Origin: a virus
Lineage: Duplodnaviria; Caudoviricetes
Strand: one strand, 5' to 3'
IMG/VR virus record: IMGVR_UViG_3300028591_000104
Location: 86,487 to 150,486 of that record
DNA: 64,000 nt
In this document: one piece after another, positions 60,655-64,000 of the stretch
Layout of the letters: each line of letters opens with the position of its first letter
How positions within the stretch are numbered: the stretch's first letter is position 1
Made by a program: the position numbers and the translations under genes
The notes under the pieces: model-generated
Databases searched by the model: none
What the model was told of the DNA's origin: nothing
What the model saw: only the letters and a program-made list of their open reading frames with translations

Positions 60655-60683
60655 ATTATAACAAAAAATTTTTGTAGTGTCAA
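60655..60683 (-). promoter_or_regulatory. Consensus sigmaA promoter at the head of the morphogenesis strand
   Basis: Minus strand TTGACA-17-TATAAT with extended TG. Confidence 0.85.
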
Positions 60684-60959
60684 CTTTTTCGTCTTTTGGA
60701 ATAAAAATTGCTTTGAGTTTGTGGGGGATGGAGAGAAAGCCCGGGGATGCAGTAACTGCGGGCGTTTCCCAAAATCCCTGCCCCCTTCAAAGATCTTCAA
60801 ACGCAGTAACTACGGGGCTTTCCAGCACCAGGCGGCGACTTGCAAATTTTGCTGTACTGTGTCCCCGCCGTGTTGTATCATTCAATCATCAAGCAAGGGA
60901 ACATCAAAACCGAGCTTGACACCGTACCTTAACACAACCTACCTAAAGACGTTTTAGTG

Positions 60960-61327
60960 ATTAAGTCAATACAAAGGCGCTTAGTCGTATTGATTAAAGC
61001 TATGCGTAGAAATTGCATAAATCATCGTGTCCGCAAGGGTTAATGATGGGTGCATAATGTAGCGGACTTGCACTTCGCTATAAGGTCGTATCTTGACAAT
61101 TGGGCTATATGTTGCCGTATAGGGCTACCATACATACTACTATTGCGTGCTTTTACTGCACCACGACTGCGCATAAGTTAAGGGTTGCGCCTCGTGGTAG
61201 CAAGTCGGTGGCAGATACCTACTAACCGATAAGCCACAAGCGGGCGCGCAATAAAACAAAATACCGCTTGCGGTAATGTGCCTATAGGCGTATAATGTCT
61301 ATAGGTAGATTATCGCATAAGCGATAA
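60960..61327 (+). ncRNA. Candidate structured non-coding RNA or leader (unassigned family)
   Basis: No credible ORF and at least 8 consecutive inverted repeats. Strand inferred from downstream genes. Confidence 0.35.
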
Positions 61328-61351
61328 AATAATAGTTTGGAGGACAAAATT

Positions 61352-61669
61352 ATGACAGACACATTCATCTACAAGATCTATGACGCAAACTCGATAGGAG
61401 CTATGCGTTGCGAAAAAATCGTAAGCGCTATCCTTAGCGACATTAAGGGTGAACCGGTCGCATACTCGATGCCAAGGTCTTTCAAGACATACTTGATGTA
61501 TAGCGATGCGAATGGAAGGCTGGACGTTACTGTCTATGCAAAATATAGGCGTGGCAGGTTCTACACTGTCACAAAGCGTGACGAAAGGCGCAGAAAGTGT
61601 ATGGTACTTGATGTCCATATACGCGACGACGGACAACACTCAGCAAGAGTGCACACTTGGGCAATATAA
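61352..61669 (+). CDS. Small early-region hypothetical protein
   Basis: GGAGG RBS at 61339-61343, ATG 61352, TAA stop. Confidence 0.65.
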   Translation: MTDTFIYKIYDANSIGAMRCEKIVSAILSDIKGEPVAYSMPRSFKTYLMYSDANGRLDVTVYAKYRRGRFYTVTKRDERRRKCMVLDVHIRDDGQHSARVHTWAI

Positions 61670-61678
61670 CACGCCACA

Positions 61679-61706
61679 GGATAGGCAGGGGCAACTCTGC
61701 CTATCC
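61679..61706 (+). terminator. Stable GNRA-loop hairpin between early genes
   Basis: GGATAGGCAGGG-GCAA-CTCTGCCTATCC. No clear U-tract. Confidence 0.5.
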
Positions 61707-61757
61707 GATGGCTTGCTATAAGGCAAGACTATATTATAATAGAGGAGGAACATAAAG

Positions 61758-62042
61758 ATGTTCACAGTATCAGATGTAATCGTTAAGGCAGGCAAGGCAA
61801 GAGTGTACGCATACAGTGATAAGGGGTTGTCGTATATCATCACGACAGACGGCAAGCGCAACAGAGCATACAAGGTATCAGACACAAGTAACAAAGGACT
61901 TGTGTTGATGTCTTGGGCAGTATCAAGGGCACGTATGAAGTTACTTGCTGATAAGTTGGTTGATGTTGTCACCAATGGCAACGTTAAGCTATTACGCGGC
62001 ACAAAGGGACCGCAGACAATCAAGGTAGGAAGGGAGGTATAA
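61758..62042 (+). CDS. Small basic hypothetical protein
   Basis: GAGGAGG RBS, 94 aa. Confidence 0.7.
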   Translation: MFTVSDVIVKAGKARVYAYSDKGLSYIITTDGKRNRAYKVSDTSNKGLVLMSWAVSRARMKLLADKLVDVVTNGNVKLLRGTKGPQTIKVGREV

Positions 62043-62046
62043 CACA

Positions 62047-62193
62047 ATGAGTGTAGAGTTCTTTAGAGAATACGGAAGGGACATGCTCGAACAGGGCATG
62101 TCCTTATCCTACATAGCACACTATTTCGGTAATAATGTGTACGAGTGGTATAACACTGAGTACACACACAATCTTAATAAAAAGGAGGCATAA
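62047..62193 (+). CDS. Small hypothetical protein (48 aa)
   Basis: GGGAGG RBS. MSVEFFREYGRDMLEQG...NKKEA, TAA stop. Confidence 0.55.
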   Translation: MSVEFFREYGRDMLEQGMSLSYIAHYFGNNVYEWYNTEYTHNLNKKEA

Positions 62194-62194
62194 T

Positions 62195-62548
62195 ATGGAA
62201 CTTATATTAACAGAAATTGATTATACAACAATATATTATATGATCGAAGAATTCGCAGTCACAGAAAAGACTGAAATATACAAGCACAATGATGAGATTG
62301 TGGGATATATGGACGCACGACTTGGCGAGGCGTATGTAAATATTGCCTTTGCTCTTGATGAGGACGGCTGGATGCTCACAATTGGCGTTTTTAAGGACGC
62401 ATATTGTAGAGAGGCAGTATGTCTCATGTATGTGGCAACAAAGATTGATAGGTCATGTCCAATTATTACACCGCTAAACGAAGAGCAATATATAGGTTTG
62501 GCAGGTGTGCCAGAGGCAGCAATAAGGCAGGGGGCAAGGCGCCTATAA
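62195..62548 (+). CDS. Hypothetical protein
   Basis: AAGGAGG RBS before ATG 62195 (a better start than 62135). The stop lies in a GC hairpin. Confidence 0.7.
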   Translation: MELILTEIDYTTIYYMIEEFAVTEKTEIYKHNDEIVGYMDARLGEAYVNIAFALDEDGWMLTIGVFKDAYCREAVCLMYVATKIDRSCPIITPLNEEQYIGLAGVPEAAIRQGARRL

Positions 62549-62578
62549 GGCGCCCCCTATTTTTAGAGAGGAACAAAT

Positions 62579-62635
62579 ATGGGAACTTTCATAGCAATTT
62601 TAATAATAATTATTGTGGCTGTAGCCAATAGATAA
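62579..62635 (+). CDS. Tiny hydrophobic peptide (18 aa)
   Basis: GAGAGG RBS. MGTFIAILIIIIVAVANR, TAA overlapping the next RBS. Confidence 0.45.
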   Translation: MGTFIAILIIIIVAVANR

Positions 62636-62648
62636 GGAGGAATTAAAA

Positions 62649-62984
62649 ATGGAATTTAAAGTTTGTGATACGATCGACGTTATCGCCTATGATATAAGGG
62701 CGACATTTGAACACCCGGACTATAGCTCAAAGCTCGTTTGGGGTACAATGTATTCCGATGATAAAGACAATTTCACGGCAACAGTTAGAACATTCCGTGA
62801 GTTGTGGAACAAGCATAATGCATACGGGCATTATCACGAGCTCATGTTGGAAGTAATAACATACTTTGAGGTTGAAAACGAAGTTTTAAAACTTACGTGG
62901 ACTCTCAAAGGAAACGACCTCTTATCAGATGAGGAGCTGTATAATAGCGTAAGTAAAAAAGTGGAGAGTTTCAGGGGGGCATAA
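62649..62984 (+). CDS. Hypothetical protein
   Basis: AAGGAGG RBS. The stop lies in the terminator hairpin GGGGGGC-ATAA-GCCCCCC followed by a T-tract. Confidence 0.7.
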   Translation: MEFKVCDTIDVIAYDIRATFEHPDYSSKLVWGTMYSDDKDNFTATVRTFRELWNKHNAYGHYHELMLEVITYFEVENEVLKLTWTLKGNDLLSDEELYNSVSKKVESFRGA

Positions 62985-63043
62985 GCCCCCCCATTTTTCA
63001 AATCACATATACAATAATAATTCCAATAGAGGAGGAAAATAAA

Positions 63044-63304
63044 ATGAAAACTATAACAATTGAATCGGTAAATAATATGTATCGTTGGTCAAAAGGTGAT
63101 TTGTTCGAGGCATACGGCAAGCCCTCAATGGCTAAGATAGCATCATGGCGCCGCATACAAGATAGGATGACACATAGCGGCGGCAGAGACTTAGTAGTGC
63201 GCAGTAGGAACTGCCACGTATACACCGCGATGTGGAGAACAAATGACAGACTGTATATCGAATATCCCAATAGGACAGAAGAATTTGAGATAACGGGGGC
63301 ATAG
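63044..63304 (+). CDS. Hypothetical protein (the only credible gene ending in TAG)
   Basis: GAGGAGG RBS. TAG 63302-63304 lies in a terminator-like hairpin loop. A TAA follows 5 codons later. Confidence 0.65.
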   Translation: MKTITIESVNNMYRWSKGDLFEAYGKPSMAKIASWRRIQDRMTHSGGRDLVVRSRNCHVYTAMWRTNDRLYIEYPNRTEEFEITGA

Positions 63305-63529
63305 CGCCCCCGATTTTAAATCTACATTTGCACAAATAATTCCTGGTCAGTTTGTGCAAATGTAAATTTTAAATTTTGTGCACTTGCATAAAGTTTTCAT
63401 CCCGGCTTTGTGCAATATGTAGAAAATAAAGTTTGTGCACCTGCACAAATATGCGGCGGCCCGGTTGTGCAATATGCACAAAGGTAGATTGCCCCAGCGC
63501 GCCCGGCCCTCGCGCTGGGCTTTTCAAAA

Positions 63530-63543
63530 CGAACATACATTCG
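63530..63543. promoter_or_regulatory. LexA (SOS) box, one mismatch
   Basis: CGAACATACATTCG versus the Gram-positive consensus CGAACN4GTTCG. Confidence 0.5.
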
Positions 63544-63598
63544 GAAAAAATTTACAATTTGTTCACAATTTGTTTACATATGGTTTATTCCCATAAAC

Positions 63599-63612
63599 CG
63601 AACGAATGTTCG
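63599..63612. promoter_or_regulatory. LexA (SOS/Cheo) box, perfect match
   Basis: CGAACGAATGTTCG matches CGAACN4GTTCG. Confidence 0.7.
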
Positions 63613-63645
63613 TTTTTATCGAGTACCGGCCGACCAGGCCGGAAA

Positions 63646-63674
63646 ATTATACCACAGTGCCGCCACAAAGTCAA
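63646..63674 (-). promoter_or_regulatory. sigmaA promoter pointing leftwards into the LexA boxes and repeats
   Basis: Minus strand TTGACT-17-TATAAT with extended TG. Confidence 0.65.
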
Positions 63675-63875
63675 GCACTTTTTTTCTACATTTTGCACAA
63701 ATTTTCACACTCCCGATTTGTGCAAAATGTAGAAAAAAATTTTTTGTGCAAAATGTAGAATTTTTACTTTTTAATTTGTGCAAATGTAAAAACGAACTTT
63801 TATTTTTGTGCAAAATGTAGAAATTCACCCGCGATTTTTGTGATTATTTGGTGAAAATGTAGAAAAATTTGGGTA

Positions 63876-63904
63876 TTGACAAACTCCGCCCCAACCCTTA
63901 TAAT
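63876..63904 (+). promoter_or_regulatory. Consensus sigmaA promoter
   Basis: TTGACA (63876-63881), 17 nt spacer, TATAAT (63899-63904). Confidence 0.85.
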
Positions 63905-63966
63905 AGAGGCATGAGTTGAGGGGACGCCCAAGGCTCAAGAGATTACTTTTAGAGGAGGATTTAGAA

Positions 63967-64000
63967 ATGACAAGGACAGAATTTAAGGTATCAGTAGACT
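63967..64000 (+). CDS. Start of a CDS truncated by the window end
   Basis: GAGGAGG RBS, ATG 63967 (MTRTEFKVSVD...). Confidence 0.55.
   Translation, partial: MTRTEFKVSVD

Larger units (their letters stand above)
63327..63865. repeat. Cluster of about 12 TTGTGCA(AAATGTAGAA)/TGCACAA repeats
   Basis: Copies occur in both orientations, with near-identical TTGTGCAAAATGTAGAA at about 63718, 63744 and 63807. Confidence 0.8.

Noticed and set aside
60690-61340. Suppressor tRNA in the non-coding region
   Set aside because: No cloverleaf, T-loop (GTTCRA) or CTA anticodon arm could be found by eye. Any suppressor must lie outside the window.
63327-63865. CRISPR array
   Set aside because: The repeats are short, in mixed orientation and irregularly spaced, and there are no cas genes.

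Overview
This is a 64-kb segment of a large, AT-rich tailed dsDNA phage, probably a long-tailed siphovirus. Strong AGGAGG ribosome-binding sites, TTGACA-17-TGnTATAAT promoters and a Gram-positive LexA box point to a Bacillota host. Layout: (+) replication and nucleotide metabolism at 1-16.8 kb (DnaB-like helicase end, primase, RecJ-like nuclease, RecD/Dda-like helicase, DnaE, OFA-family MFS transporter, NrdD/NrdG, dUTPase, RuvC-like resolvase); (-) morphogenesis at 16.8-60.6 kb (holin-like genes, tail fibres, tail/baseplate, tape measure of about 3087 aa, tail tube, head-tail proteins, capsid, scaffold/protease, portal, terminase, putative regulator); and a compositionally different (+) 'early' region at 60.7-64 kb with a hairpin-rich non-coding stretch, small ORFs, repeats and LexA boxes. 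Main result: the fragmented ORF track is caused by stop-codon reassignment. By hand I count 59 in-frame TAG codons in 23 otherwise intact genes. Nearly every TAG that falls in a motif I recognise sits where homologs have TYROSINE (NrdD HDLDA*AVGMHNC and GNAG*D..DPRT*FSTMGCR, RuvC-like, TerL, an in-window paralogous IYLVP motif), not glutamine as in known code-15 phages. No suppressor tRNA is visible in this window. Homolog comparisons are from recalled family motifs, not from a database search.
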